Below, in pieces: positions 39,942 through 48,808 of a stretch of DNA of 48,808 nt; within the stretch, counting starts at the first letter, position 1, and each line of letters starts with the position of its first letter. Source of the stretch: Candidatus Thorarchaeota archaeon (GTDB lineage Archaea; Asgardarchaeota; Thorarchaeia; Thorarchaeales; Thorarchaeaceae); contig JBHLRQ010000014.1 of NCBI GenBank assembly GCA_048882385.1, positions 1-48,808 of the forward strand, in the 5' to 3' direction. A program made the position numbers and the translations under genes. The notes below the pieces were generated by a model, which was not told the origin of the DNA, made no database searches, and worked only from the letters and a program-made list of their open reading frames with translations.

Positions 39942-40093
39942 TGTATTTTCCCCTTTGACATGTTTGTGTTCACAATAGTGAATCTACTTGGTCGATTTCA
40001 CCTAATAAGCATAATGGCGTGGTCAAACATCTTGTAACTCCAGCAATGATTAGGCTTAAGAAATCGTTCTTCAATTGAGTTTCGGGTTCACTG

Positions 40094-40825
40094 ATGATTG
40101 ATGACTTCTTAAGGAAAGCTGCGATAACCATTGAGAATTCCAACTATCTAATTGCATTGACAGGAGCTGGTATTTCAAGAGAATCCAATGTTCCAACATT
40201 CAGAGGAGAGGATGGTCTGTGGAGAAATTATAACCCTATGCAATTAGCTACACCTTCTGCATTTGCGAATAATCCTTCACTCGTGTGGGAATGGTATACC
40301 TGGCGACAGGGATTGATTGCTGAATGTGAACCTAATCCTGCTCATAGGACCCTGGTAAAATGGGAAGAGAAAGGGATTCTCAAATCACTAATCACACAGA
40401 ATGTGGATGGTCTCCACAGACGAGCAGGGTCACTAAATCTGCTTGAGGTTCATGGAGATTTGTGGGCTTTGAAATGTGTGTCTTGTACACATACTGAAAG
40501 GTTGAGTGCACCAGCCTCGGGAATTCCATCTTGTCCTCAATGTCAAAGTCATCTTCGTCCTGATGTTGTTTGGTTTGGTGAATCATTGGATTCAGGAATC
40601 ATTGCACAGGTCTATTCCGAGTTGGAAAAAGCTGATGTATGCATGGTAATTGGCACATCTGCCTTGGTTCAGCCTGCTGCATCATTTCCTTTTGTCGTGA
40701 AACAAAGAGGTGGCAAAATCATCGAGATTAACATTGAGCAAACAATTCTGACAGGTGTCGCTGATGTTCATCTAATGGGTAGAGCTGGAGAAGTATTGCC
40801 ATTAATAGATTTTCTTTTGGGATGA
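40094..40825 (+). CDS. cobB: Sirtuin NAD-dependent protein deacylase
   Basis: TGAGISRES.VPTFRG, TQNVDGLH, HG, CxxC...CxxC, LRPDVVWFGE, GTS..V.PAA. Confidence 0.95.
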   Translation: MIDDFLRKAAITIENSNYLIALTGAGISRESNVPTFRGEDGLWRNYNPMQLATPSAFANNPSLVWEWYTWRQGLIAECEPNPAHRTLVKWEEKGILKSLITQNVDGLHRRAGSLNLLEVHGDLWALKCVSCTHTERLSAPASGIPSCPQCQSHLRPDVVWFGESLDSGIIAQVYSELEKADVCMVIGTSALVQPAASFPFVVKQRGGKIIEINIEQTILTGVADVHLMGRAGEVLPLIDFLLG

Positions 40826-40890
40826 TATCCGTATATAATAGGGAACAGATAAATGAGGGCCAAAACAAAAATCGACAGAGGTAACTCTCA

Positions 40891-41886
40891 GTGAAGATCT
40901 TGGTCACCGGTGCGACTGGTTATCTTGGTGGACGTGTCCTTTCTAGATTATTAGAGGATGATTACGAAGTTATTGCATTAGTTAGGTCCTCAAGTAATAC
41001 TGAAAGTCTTCCCAAGAATATCGAGATCAGAGAAGCAGACTTGTTTGATATTTCTAGTCTCGAAAAAGCAGTTCAAGATGTAGATGTAGTATACCATTTT
41101 GCCGCTTACTTCAATTTCTATCCAAGCGATGAGGAACTAATGTTCAAAGTTAATGTTGAGGGAACTAGGAACCTGATGAGTGCCTGTGTAGGGACTAATG
41201 TTGAACGATTTATCTACTGCTCAACCGCGGAAACAATGGGAGGAATACGATTTCCACCTGGGAATGAGGACACCGAGCTCCGACCTGATTTCAGCTATGG
41301 TGAAAGCAAGATTCTCGCTGAGCAAGCTATCCGAGAAATTACAGGTGACACGGACCTTGCTCATGTCATTCTAAGACCGACAGGTGTAATGGGTGAAGGC
41401 GATCTCTATGTAATGTATGAAGTAATTCATGAATTAAATAATGGAAAGGTCATCGCCTTACCACGCGACCTGAGTGCCCAGTTTATGTGGACGCACATTG
41501 ACGATGTTGTTTCTGGATTTGTTGCAGCATTGTCACCAATGGGTGCATTGAATAACACCATTATTCTTTGTCCAGATGAGTCTATGAGTTGGAAAGAGTT
41601 TGTTGAGATTATCACCGAACTTCTTGGTGTTAAACCTCCTCGTCTTCGAGTTCCGAGAATAGTAGCAAAAATCGGAATGGCTCTATTGAGCCCATTTAAG
41701 AACCGGAAAAGGATGACCTTCTTTTGGCACACAAAGTCTGTTGATATGATGCATGTTGAACGTGTGTACTCAAACGACAAGGCAAAACGGTTGCTTGGAT
41801 GGGCGCCTCAAGTCACAATGGTTGAAGGGTTTCAGCGAGCTATTGATTGGTATTTTGAAAATGGATATCTTGAAAGGAAGTCTTGA
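40891..41886 (+). CDS. NAD-dependent epimerase/dehydratase (extended SDR)
   Basis: TGATGYLG, H.AA, NVEGT, YGESK, LRP. Confidence 0.9.
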   Translation: MKILVTGATGYLGGRVLSRLLEDDYEVIALVRSSSNTESLPKNIEIREADLFDISSLEKAVQDVDVVYHFAAYFNFYPSDEELMFKVNVEGTRNLMSACVGTNVERFIYCSTAETMGGIRFPPGNEDTELRPDFSYGESKILAEQAIREITGDTDLAHVILRPTGVMGEGDLYVMYEVIHELNNGKVIALPRDLSAQFMWTHIDDVVSGFVAALSPMGALNNTIILCPDESMSWKEFVEIITELLGVKPPRLRVPRIVAKIGMALLSPFKNRKRMTFFWHTKSVDMMHVERVYSNDKAKRLLGWAPQVTMVEGFQRAIDWYFENGYLERKS

Positions 41887-41889
41887 AAA

Positions 41890-43491
41890 ATGGATGCTAC
41901 CATTGGTCTCATCTTGATTATTCTACCTATAGCCTTGGCATTTGTCTTGCTTGTCTTTATGAAGAAAGCCGCTGATCTAACTGGAGTTATTGTTTGGTTT
42001 GTCACTCTTATCATTGCCATTATTGCCTTTCAGACAGATATTGGTATTTCACTTACAGTAAGTGTGGCTGGAATCGTCAAGTCTTTTCCAATCTCATTAA
42101 TGGTAGCTACTTCAATACTCATGATGACTTATATGCAAGAAACCGGATCATTACAAAGGCTCATTGTATTTTTCAAAACTCTGGGTGGAGGGTCTCGTCC
42201 GATGCAGATTCTGATGATTAGTTTCGGACTAGGTCTCTTCCTTGTAGGAATAGGAGCTACACCTGTTAGTATGCTTCCACCAGTGATGCTTGCACTTGGT
42301 TTCTCCCCTATGGTGGCGGTTGCTCTGCCATCAATTGGGTATGATCCCCTCACAACATTCGCATTACTAGGAGTTCCTGCTGTTGTCTTCACTGGAGAAT
42401 ATAGTGCATGGGCAATGCCTGTAACGCTTCAACAAGCGGGTTCAGTGTTTGCTTGGTTTATGCCAGTTGTAAGTATGGGCATTGCAATCTCAATGCTTTG
42501 GATTGCAGGAGGAAGAAAACTGCTATTGAGTAGAGAAGGTCTTGTTCTTGCAGGTATATGTGGACTCACAGCTGGTCTTATGGCCATCATTTGTAATGTA
42601 ATTTTCCCATTAACTACCCTGACCAATGTTTTTGCAGGATCAACTGTGCTTCTTATCCTTTTCATCTATATCCGTGTTCGTGGAAAACCATTACTCGACA
42701 GGAGTACCTTGGATGAGAAAGACTTGGCAATTGAGGATGGACTTAGTTTAAAGCGAGCTAGCATCCCATGGGTTGTGCTTGTGATTTTAAGTCTGGTTAC
42801 AAACATGATTCCACAAATCTTTCAGTTTCTGTTTGTTAACCTAGCATTTCCCCTTCAAATCGGATCATATCCGAGTGCGATTAACACCAGATTTCTTTGG
42901 CAAGCCTATACTTTGATGCTTATTTCCACGGTTGTATCAATGCCTTTCTTGAAGACTGACGGAGCAGTATTTAAGCGCACTCTATCAAGTTTCAAGAAAA
43001 GAGCACCAAGGCCAGTCTTGGCTGCGGCAATCTTTTTTGCCATGGCTGAGGTAATGAACTTTAGTGGTTGGACAGTTGACTCTGGGGGAACATGGGTGAA
43101 TCCGATCATAGCTGGTGCTCCGACAAATAATATGATCTATCTCCTTGCATCAGTGACAGCGGGCTTGGGACTCCTATATCCTCTTCTAGCTCCATTTCTG
43201 GGACTACTTGGTGGTTTTATTTCTGGTTCAGAAACCTCAGCGATTGCTATGTTTACAAGATATCATGTTGAAACAAGTAACCTGATTGCTGCTAACTCGA
43301 TTGTTGTTGCAGCATCCAATGGGATTGGTGGAGGACTCGCAAGCGTGTTGAGTCCCGCAAAGATTCAGAATGCCGCAGCAGTCATTGATGAGATTGGAAT
43401 CGAAGGAGAAGTGATTCGGTATGGTTTCGTTGTGGCTGTCCTAATGACATTAGTTACCGCTATTCTTACCTTACTTTGGGCGTTCACGTGA
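41890..43491 (+). CDS. L-lactate permease (LctP) family transporter
   Basis: Many TM segments; LG.P, LGGFISGSETSA, GG.LAS.LSPAKI. Confidence 0.8.
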   Translation: MDATIGLILIILPIALAFVLLVFMKKAADLTGVIVWFVTLIIAIIAFQTDIGISLTVSVAGIVKSFPISLMVATSILMMTYMQETGSLQRLIVFFKTLGGGSRPMQILMISFGLGLFLVGIGATPVSMLPPVMLALGFSPMVAVALPSIGYDPLTTFALLGVPAVVFTGEYSAWAMPVTLQQAGSVFAWFMPVVSMGIAISMLWIAGGRKLLLSREGLVLAGICGLTAGLMAIICNVIFPLTTLTNVFAGSTVLLILFIYIRVRGKPLLDRSTLDEKDLAIEDGLSLKRASIPWVVLVILSLVTNMIPQIFQFLFVNLAFPLQIGSYPSAINTRFLWQAYTLMLISTVVSMPFLKTDGAVFKRTLSSFKKRAPRPVLAAAIFFAMAEVMNFSGWTVDSGGTWVNPIIAGAPTNNMIYLLASVTAGLGLLYPLLAPFLGLLGGFISGSETSAIAMFTRYHVETSNLIAANSIVVAASNGIGGGLASVLSPAKIQNAAAVIDEIGIEGEVIRYGFVVAVLMTLVTAILTLLWAFT

Positions 43492-43828
43492 TTTCATCAA
43501 TCTTCGCAGCAAGAATGAAATCATTGTCAAATAAACCCTTGATTGCATGAGTCCAAAGAGTGAGCGTCACCTTATTCCAGCTGATGAATATGTCCGGATG
43601 GTGACCTTCCTGTTCTGCAATTTCTGCAACCTTATTCACGAAATCAATAGATTCCTTGAAGTTCTTGAATTTGAAGAGCTTCTCGATCTTGTCGATACTC
43701 CCTTCTGCTTTTCTCCAGCCAGGTACGACATCTAGCATCAGTTTGATTTTGCCCTTCTCTAATGGAGGTTGGTCTCCTCTGCATGGAACACACTTGAGTG
43801 AAGCGAGTTCTTTTTTCGATTTTGCCAT
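43484..43828 (-). CDS. Pterin-4a-carbinolamine dehydratase
   Basis: CVPC, FKNF...FVNKVA..AEQEGHHPDI, WTHAI.GL..NDFILAAKID. Confidence 0.93.
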   Translation of the reverse strand: MAKSKKELASLKCVPCRGDQPPLEKGKIKLMLDVVPGWRKAEGSIDKIEKLFKFKNFKESIDFVNKVAEIAEQEGHHPDIFISWNKVTLTLWTHAIKGLFDNDFILAAKIDEIT

Positions 43829-43892
43829 TATATTTCAACAACACATCTATGGATACATAAATAACTATAGCTAATTAGCAGTTTTTGAAGAT

Positions 43893-45296
43893 CTATACCA
43901 ATAGTGCAAGCTGGCTGACAATTGTTTGGTATCTTTCGTTAGCAGCAACCCTCCATAGTTGAGCTAGTTCGGTTGCAAAATGAGGTTGAAATCTCCGAGA
44001 AAAAACACTTGCTGAATAGAATTCAGTGAAGCTCTCATTCTCATGTGTAATCGGATCTACAATTGTCAGAGGCTCTCCAAATGCTCCTCTAAATTGGTTG
44101 AATTGGAGTTGATCTATAGAGCTGTTCCTATAGGCGTCGATTATATTTCTCCAACAATGAGTGGTGTTACTGATGGTCGAAAAAATGGTTGAATTCATGT
44201 ATAACCAAACCATATAGTCATCTTCTAATAGCGTATCAGTGACACCAATCTCTCCAGCTCTCATGGTCCAATTGAATTCGGAGTAGATAATATCATCCAC
44301 CTCGCCTTGCACAAAATCAAACGCCTCAACACGAACTGGAAGTCGGGGGGAAAATTCCTCTTTAAGAAGAATTGACTGACCTTGCGGAGAAAATAGAAAA
44401 TCAAGAAAGCTCTCTGCTTGGGTTATGTGGGTAGTTCCACTTGCTATTGCTACAGGAAATGGTTGGATTATGACCATATCCTTAAGATGGACTCGACTGA
44501 TTGTTGATGGGAGGACTTCATCAGTTTGACCGCTGAATGCAGTCAAGACTGCTGAGATCTCTCCATTTTCTAATGCACTAAGTGTTTCATCATCAAAAAG
44601 GATCTGCGAATTTGCATAAAGTGCAGTTAGGTTTTGAATGCCATTATCCCAACCCTGCATCTTTGTGACAAGATGGTGAAATTGATGCTTCAACCATGTT
44701 GATTGTAGAAAGTCCATTCCAATCAGAGATGAATTCCTTTCAGAGGGCCAAAAATCCGGGATGAGTAGATCCTCTATCTTTTCAGGAGTCGAGATACCGT
44801 GGTAATCCAATAATGTTTCATTTACAAGTAGTTCGAATATAATAGGTCTTATTGAATAGCAACACCACATAAGCCGTTCTTCTGAATCTCCCTTCATTGG
44901 TACACCCGCGATTGAATCAGGAATCTCCGATGCATTTAGACTCGTTATCTCAGAAAGTGAATTCGATTGAGTAAGTGCATTAATTGTTGTTTCATCCCCC
45001 ATCACTAGGTCGATTTCACCTGATTGAGAATATGAATCCCAAAAGTCAATTCCGGGATTATACCACTCAATATCACCTATATTGTTATTCTTCGCAAATG
45101 AGCTATTGAGAAATGCCTCTTCAATTTGATATGTTATCGAAACATCATCGCGAGAAAGAATATGCAGAGTTGTTTCAGGAGGAGGATTCGGTACTAAATA
45201 TGGAATGAATATGATAGTTGCTGACACCAAAATCATGATGACGATGATGACATCTGTAGATTTCTCTTTGTTCAACTTCCCTCTCAACTTCGACAA
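43893..45296 (-). CDS. Membrane-anchored ABC-type substrate-binding protein (AfuA/thiamine-binding-like), orphan
   Basis: N-terminal TM, P...EDLL.P, PVAI....AE.F.DFL.SP.GQ, RLPVR. Confidence 0.7.
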   Translation of the reverse strand: MSKLRGKLNKEKSTDVIIVIMILVSATIIFIPYLVPNPPPETTLHILSRDDVSITYQIEEAFLNSSFAKNNNIGDIEWYNPGIDFWDSYSQSGEIDLVMGDETTINALTQSNSLSEITSLNASEIPDSIAGVPMKGDSEERLMWCCYSIRPIIFELLVNETLLDYHGISTPEKIEDLLIPDFWPSERNSSLIGMDFLQSTWLKHQFHHLVTKMQGWDNGIQNLTALYANSQILFDDETLSALENGEISAVLTAFSGQTDEVLPSTISRVHLKDMVIIQPFPVAIASGTTHITQAESFLDFLFSPQGQSILLKEEFSPRLPVRVEAFDFVQGEVDDIIYSEFNWTMRAGEIGVTDTLLEDDYMVWLYMNSTIFSTISNTTHCWRNIIDAYRNSSIDQLQFNQFRGAFGEPLTIVDPITHENESFTEFYSASVFSRRFQPHFATELAQLWRVAANERYQTIVSQLALLV

Positions 45297-45483
45297 TTCT
45301 GTTCATCAATTATTTGGATTTTTTAATAAAAGAATCTACTTGTACCCAGAGAAAATCAGGAGCACCCTTCTCATCATTCTTGTCATTCGATTATATTAGT
45401 ATAGTCTGTAAAAACTCAAAGCTGACCATTCAGTCGAACTTGTTAAATCCACAAATTGACTCTACAACCTAGGAGGAGATGTT

Positions 45484-45888
45484 TTGTCAAACGAAAGTGT
45501 TGAAACTGGCAAAGTACTCGGGAGTATCTACGGATCCCTAATCATTCTTCTTGCCGTACTGCTATTCATGTCCTCAATCTTTAGTGGACTTCTTCCAGAC
45601 GCCGCGTTGAGGAGCTACTTTATCATCTATTTTGTGGGTACAATAATTGTCTTCATTGGCGCAGAGCTTGCAAGAGTATTACTGAAATCTGGAATAACCG
45701 TGGTTGGATTCTTTGTATTTCTTATCATGAACTTGCTCATGGTTATTTTTGCTGTAGCATTATTTGCTGACATTGTCACAACAGATCCTTTTGCTATTCA
45801 GCTACTTCTATTCCTCTTGATAGGAGCAGTTGCATGGTATATTGTACTAATTCTCCTTAGTATTCGTGACTGGAGAAAGAGTAGGTAG
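45484..45888 (+). CDS. Small membrane protein (4 TM)
   Basis: AGGAGG RBS before TTG; four hydrophobic segments. Confidence 0.7.
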   Translation: MSNESVETGKVLGSIYGSLIILLAVLLFMSSIFSGLLPDAALRSYFIIYFVGTIIVFIGAELARVLLKSGITVVGFFVFLIMNLLMVIFAVALFADIVTTDPFAIQLLLFLLIGAVAWYIVLILLSIRDWRKSR

Positions 45889-45996
45889 AATGAGCTAAGC
45901 CAGAATTGACATAGTCCTGGTGCATTGCACCTTCTTAGCGTGAGCTAGATGCTTTCTGCCTCTCACACAACATTCTTGTATAACAAGTATGAATGA

Positions 45997-46683
45997 ATGA
46001 TTAAGTGCATCAGCTCACTGGATGATAATTCGATGTCAAAAGGCAACCTGACTTATTGGCGGGGAACTAGTTTCTATATCAATCCAACATCACAATGTAT
46101 GAATGACTGTCTATTTTGCGTTCGTAACTACGGAGAAGGTGTATTCGGATTCAATCTGCTACTTGAGAAGGATCCCAGTCCGGAAGAACTTGTGACTGCG
46201 ATTGAAAACACCTGGAGTCCAGAATTTGATGATGCTGCTATTGTTGGATTTGGTGAACCACTTCTCAATCTCGATGCAGTTCTTGCTGGAATTAGAAAGA
46301 TCAATGAATTGAGTGATGTCAATGTTAGGTTGAACACAAACGGACAAGCACTTCTAATTCATCCAACACGAGATGTTCCTCAAGAGCTGGCTGCTGCAGG
46401 ACTCGATAGAGTCCAAATTTCGCTCAATGCTCCTGATTCCGATACGTATTTCCGACTTTGTAAACCAAAAATGGGTAGAGGAGCATATGAATCGATTCTT
46501 GAATTTACAGAGCGATGTAAACCTCTAATGAAAGTTGAATTGTCTGCAGTTGATATTCCAGGAGTAGATATTGAAGCTTGCCGAGGTCTCGCAGAACGTC
46601 TTGGAGTAGGATTTCGTGTTCGTGTTTTCAAAGGACCTGAAGGAGCATTGGAAGGAATCCTACGTACACTCACACCAAGTTGA
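45997..46683 (+). CDS. Radical SAM protein, TatD-associated type
   Basis: YINPT..CMNDCLFCVR (CX3CX2C), GFGEP, RLNTNG, ISLNA, C-terminal FRVR. Confidence 0.85.
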   Translation: MIKCISSLDDNSMSKGNLTYWRGTSFYINPTSQCMNDCLFCVRNYGEGVFGFNLLLEKDPSPEELVTAIENTWSPEFDDAAIVGFGEPLLNLDAVLAGIRKINELSDVNVRLNTNGQALLIHPTRDVPQELAAAGLDRVQISLNAPDSDTYFRLCKPKMGRGAYESILEFTERCKPLMKVELSAVDIPGVDIEACRGLAERLGVGFRVRVFKGPEGALEGILRTLTPS

Positions 46684-46731
46684 ACTTTTTAGATTGGACA
46701 ACTATATTTGCAAGGCTGATGTGTTTGTGTT

Positions 46732-47571
46732 ATGGCTCTTGCAAGAATAATAGATGGCATCTATGCTTGTACTGACGGAACCAATGGAGGGAATCATGGA
46801 GCAATCGTTCTTGATGATGAAGTCGTAATGATTGATGCAGGAATGATTCATCCGAAGAGTCGCATAACAAAGGAGTTCTTAGAGAAAGAAACTGGATTAC
46901 CAATTCTAAAACTCGTGTTGACACATCATCATAGTGATCATGTTTTTGGAGTACAATCGTATGAACCTGTGACCCTCATAGCCTCTGAACCTACGAGAAG
47001 AAGTTGTGAGGAAAACCTGAGAAATGACTGGAAAATTGAAAATCTGAAGAAAAATTATGAACCATTTAAGGATGAACGTGCTGAGTTATGGGAATCATTG
47101 AATGACCTCACTATCAGATTACCAGATGTGGTTTTCCAGAATCAACTGACTCTTGGAAATAATGACGAATTAACAATCAAATTACTCGGCGGTCATACTG
47201 AAGGATCTACTATTGTCATATCGCATCTTCATGATACTATATTCATTGGGGATCTTGTATTCAATGGAACTTTTCCATACGGTGGGGATCGAACATGCAA
47301 TCCAGATAGATGGATCTCAGGACTAGAAGAAGTTCTTTCATTAGGTCTTGATACAATCATACCGGGGCATGGTCCAGTCTGTGGATTGATTGATGTTGAA
47401 GAATATATTCAAGGATTATCAGATCTTAGAGCCAATGTCAAGGAGGCTCTGAATTCAGGAATATCTGTTGATGAATTCCTCGATTCTGACAGGATTCCCT
47501 CTCAGATAGCTTCAGGATCCGAGAGATTTGGATTGTGGACCTTGGAGCATTGGTATCGATTCTATGGATGA
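46732..47571 (+). CDS. Metallo-beta-lactamase-fold hydrolase (cyclase-like)
   Basis: IDAG, THHHSDH, GGHT.G, GDL, IPGHG. Confidence 0.88.
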   Translation: MALARIIDGIYACTDGTNGGNHGAIVLDDEVVMIDAGMIHPKSRITKEFLEKETGLPILKLVLTHHHSDHVFGVQSYEPVTLIASEPTRRSCEENLRNDWKIENLKKNYEPFKDERAELWESLNDLTIRLPDVVFQNQLTLGNNDELTIKLLGGHTEGSTIVISHLHDTIFIGDLVFNGTFPYGGDRTCNPDRWISGLEEVLSLGLDTIIPGHGPVCGLIDVEEYIQGLSDLRANVKEALNSGISVDEFLDSDRIPSQIASGSERFGLWTLEHWYRFYG

Positions 47572-48808
47572 TTGATTCTATGAAACTCTGGGAATCTACT
47601 CGGATTGGGGACCTCGATCTACCTAATCGATTAGTAATGCTAGCTACCCACATGAGCCATTGTGAGGAAAATGGAATAATCACTGACAGACTCATCAACT
47701 TTTACAGAGAACGGGCAAGGCACAAACCAGGGTTAGTAATTATTGGCGGATGCTACACAGAGCACCTTGGTATGAGTACCCCAACAATGATTGGTATTAG
47801 CAAGGATGAACACATTGAAGGCTTAAGAAATCTTGTCGACACAATTCATCAATTCAATGTTCCAGTTGCTGCTCAACTCTATCATGCAGGACGGTATGCA
47901 CATTCTATTATCATAGGTCAACAGGCTGTATCAGCATCTACAGAAATGTGTAGACTAACTCGAGAAACTCCTCGTGCATTGACCATTGAAGAGATATCCC
48001 AGACAGTCGAGAATTTCGGACTAGCTGCAAGACGTGCAAAGGATGCAGGATTTGATTCAATTGAGATTATTGGCTCTGCAGGTTATCTCATCAACCAATT
48101 TCTTGCAGAAGCTACCAATAAAAGAACCGATGCATATGGTGGTAGCTTTGAGTCACGATCAAGATTTGCATTAGAAATTGTTGAGAAAGTAAGAAGTATA
48201 GTAGGTCCTAATTTCCCAATTTTATACCGTATGAGCGGAGAAGATTTTGTTCCTGATGGTCTCACGCTTGACGACAACAAGATTCTTGCCCCAAAACTAG
48301 TAGCACACGGTGTAGACTGTTTCAATATCACAGGAGGTTGGCACGAAACTAGAGTGCCACAGATTACTATGGATGTTCCTCGAGGTGGTTTCGCTTATCT
48401 TGCTGAAGGAATTGCTGAAGTTGTAGATGTTCCAGTGATTGCCTGCAATAGAATAAACAGTGTGAGTATTGCAGAACGAATCTTGTCAAGGGGAAAAGTC
48501 CAACTTATCGGTATGTCGCGTGGGTTGATTGCAGATCCAGAACTTCCAACTAAAGCAAAAACAGGTCGAAAGCAATTCACACGCCCCTGCATTGGATGTA
48601 ATCAAGGATGCTTAGACAAAGTTTTCATGATAGAACCTGTGACCTGTGCAATTAATCCACTGGCTGGATATGAGGTTGAACGTACGCTGGGTCCAAAAAG
48701 TTCTGGAAATATTGCTATCGTTGGAGGAGGACCAGCTGGAATGGAATCCGCTCGCGTTCTTGCCATGCGGGGGTTCATTGTAACTATTTACGAGGAAAAA
48801 AGTCGCCT
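47568..48808 (+). CDS. NADH:flavin oxidoreductase / 2,4-dienoyl-CoA reductase (FadH-like), 3'-truncated by the window; not in the ORF track
   Basis: ATG 47568 overlaps the upstream TGA (alternative ATG 47580). Translates as MKLWESTRIGDLDLPNRLVM..., QLYHAGR, EIIGSAGYLINQFL, NKRTD.YGGS, GGWHE, RPCIGCNQGCLD, CAINP, IAIVGGGPAGME. Confidence 0.9.
   Translation, partial: MIDSMKLWESTRIGDLDLPNRLVMLATHMSHCEENGIITDRLINFYRERARHKPGLVIIGGCYTEHLGMSTPTMIGISKDEHIEGLRNLVDTIHQFNVPVAAQLYHAGRYAHSIIIGQQAVSASTEMCRLTRETPRALTIEEISQTVENFGLAARRAKDAGFDSIEIIGSAGYLINQFLAEATNKRTDAYGGSFESRSRFALEIVEKVRSIVGPNFPILYRMSGEDFVPDGLTLDDNKILAPKLVAHGVDCFNITGGWHETRVPQITMDVPRGGFAYLAEGIAEVVDVPVIACNRINSVSIAERILSRGKVQLIGMSRGLIADPELPTKAKTGRKQFTRPCIGCNQGCLDKVFMIEPVTCAINPLAGYEVERTLGPKSSGNIAIVGGGPAGMESARVLAMRGFIVTIYEEKSR

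Noticed and set aside
11113-40825. Acetylation 'system' made of AcuC/HDAC, sirtuin, GNAT and AcdA
   Set aside because: The genes are scattered over tens of kb and are all common, with no operon linkage.
1-48808. tRNA/rRNA genes, CRISPR arrays, IS elements, selenoprotein read-through
   Set aside because: Intergenic gaps are short. I saw no cloverleaf, repeat-spacer pattern, transposase or in-frame TGA at a catalytic Cys position. Small ncRNAs cannot be excluded by eye.

Overview
Gene-dense archaeal chromosomal segment. Archaeal markers include an ATP-dependent DNA ligase, two PurP paralogues, a type-2 IPP isomerase, an ADP-forming acyl-CoA synthetase alpha subunit and GGAGG/GGTGA ribosome-binding sites. 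The WD40/TPR proteins, tubulin-superfamily gene and overall gene style suggest an Asgard archaeon, possibly Thorarchaeia; this is inference, not tested. Most of the window is housekeeping or metabolic. It includes a 10-gene purine operon (purN-purF-purP-purP-purC/S-purQ-purL-purE/M-purD-guaA) with unusual PurE-PurM and PurC-PurS fusions. The standout is a three-gene minus-strand operon at 27904-33092: an 896-aa all-helical protein, a divergent tubulin/FtsZ-superfamily GTPase and a 356-aa unknown protein. The GTPase combines FtsZ/CetZ-like nucleotide-binding loops with a C-terminus that aligns by eye to eukaryotic tubulin helices H11-H12. The operon is transcribed divergently from a WD40 + MIT/TPR-like + coiled-coil gene, which is followed by a TPR gene. 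Together these form a candidate undescribed cytoskeletal or membrane-remodelling system. No rRNA, tRNA, CRISPR array or mobile element was recognised. All calls come from motif recognition by eye; no searches were run.
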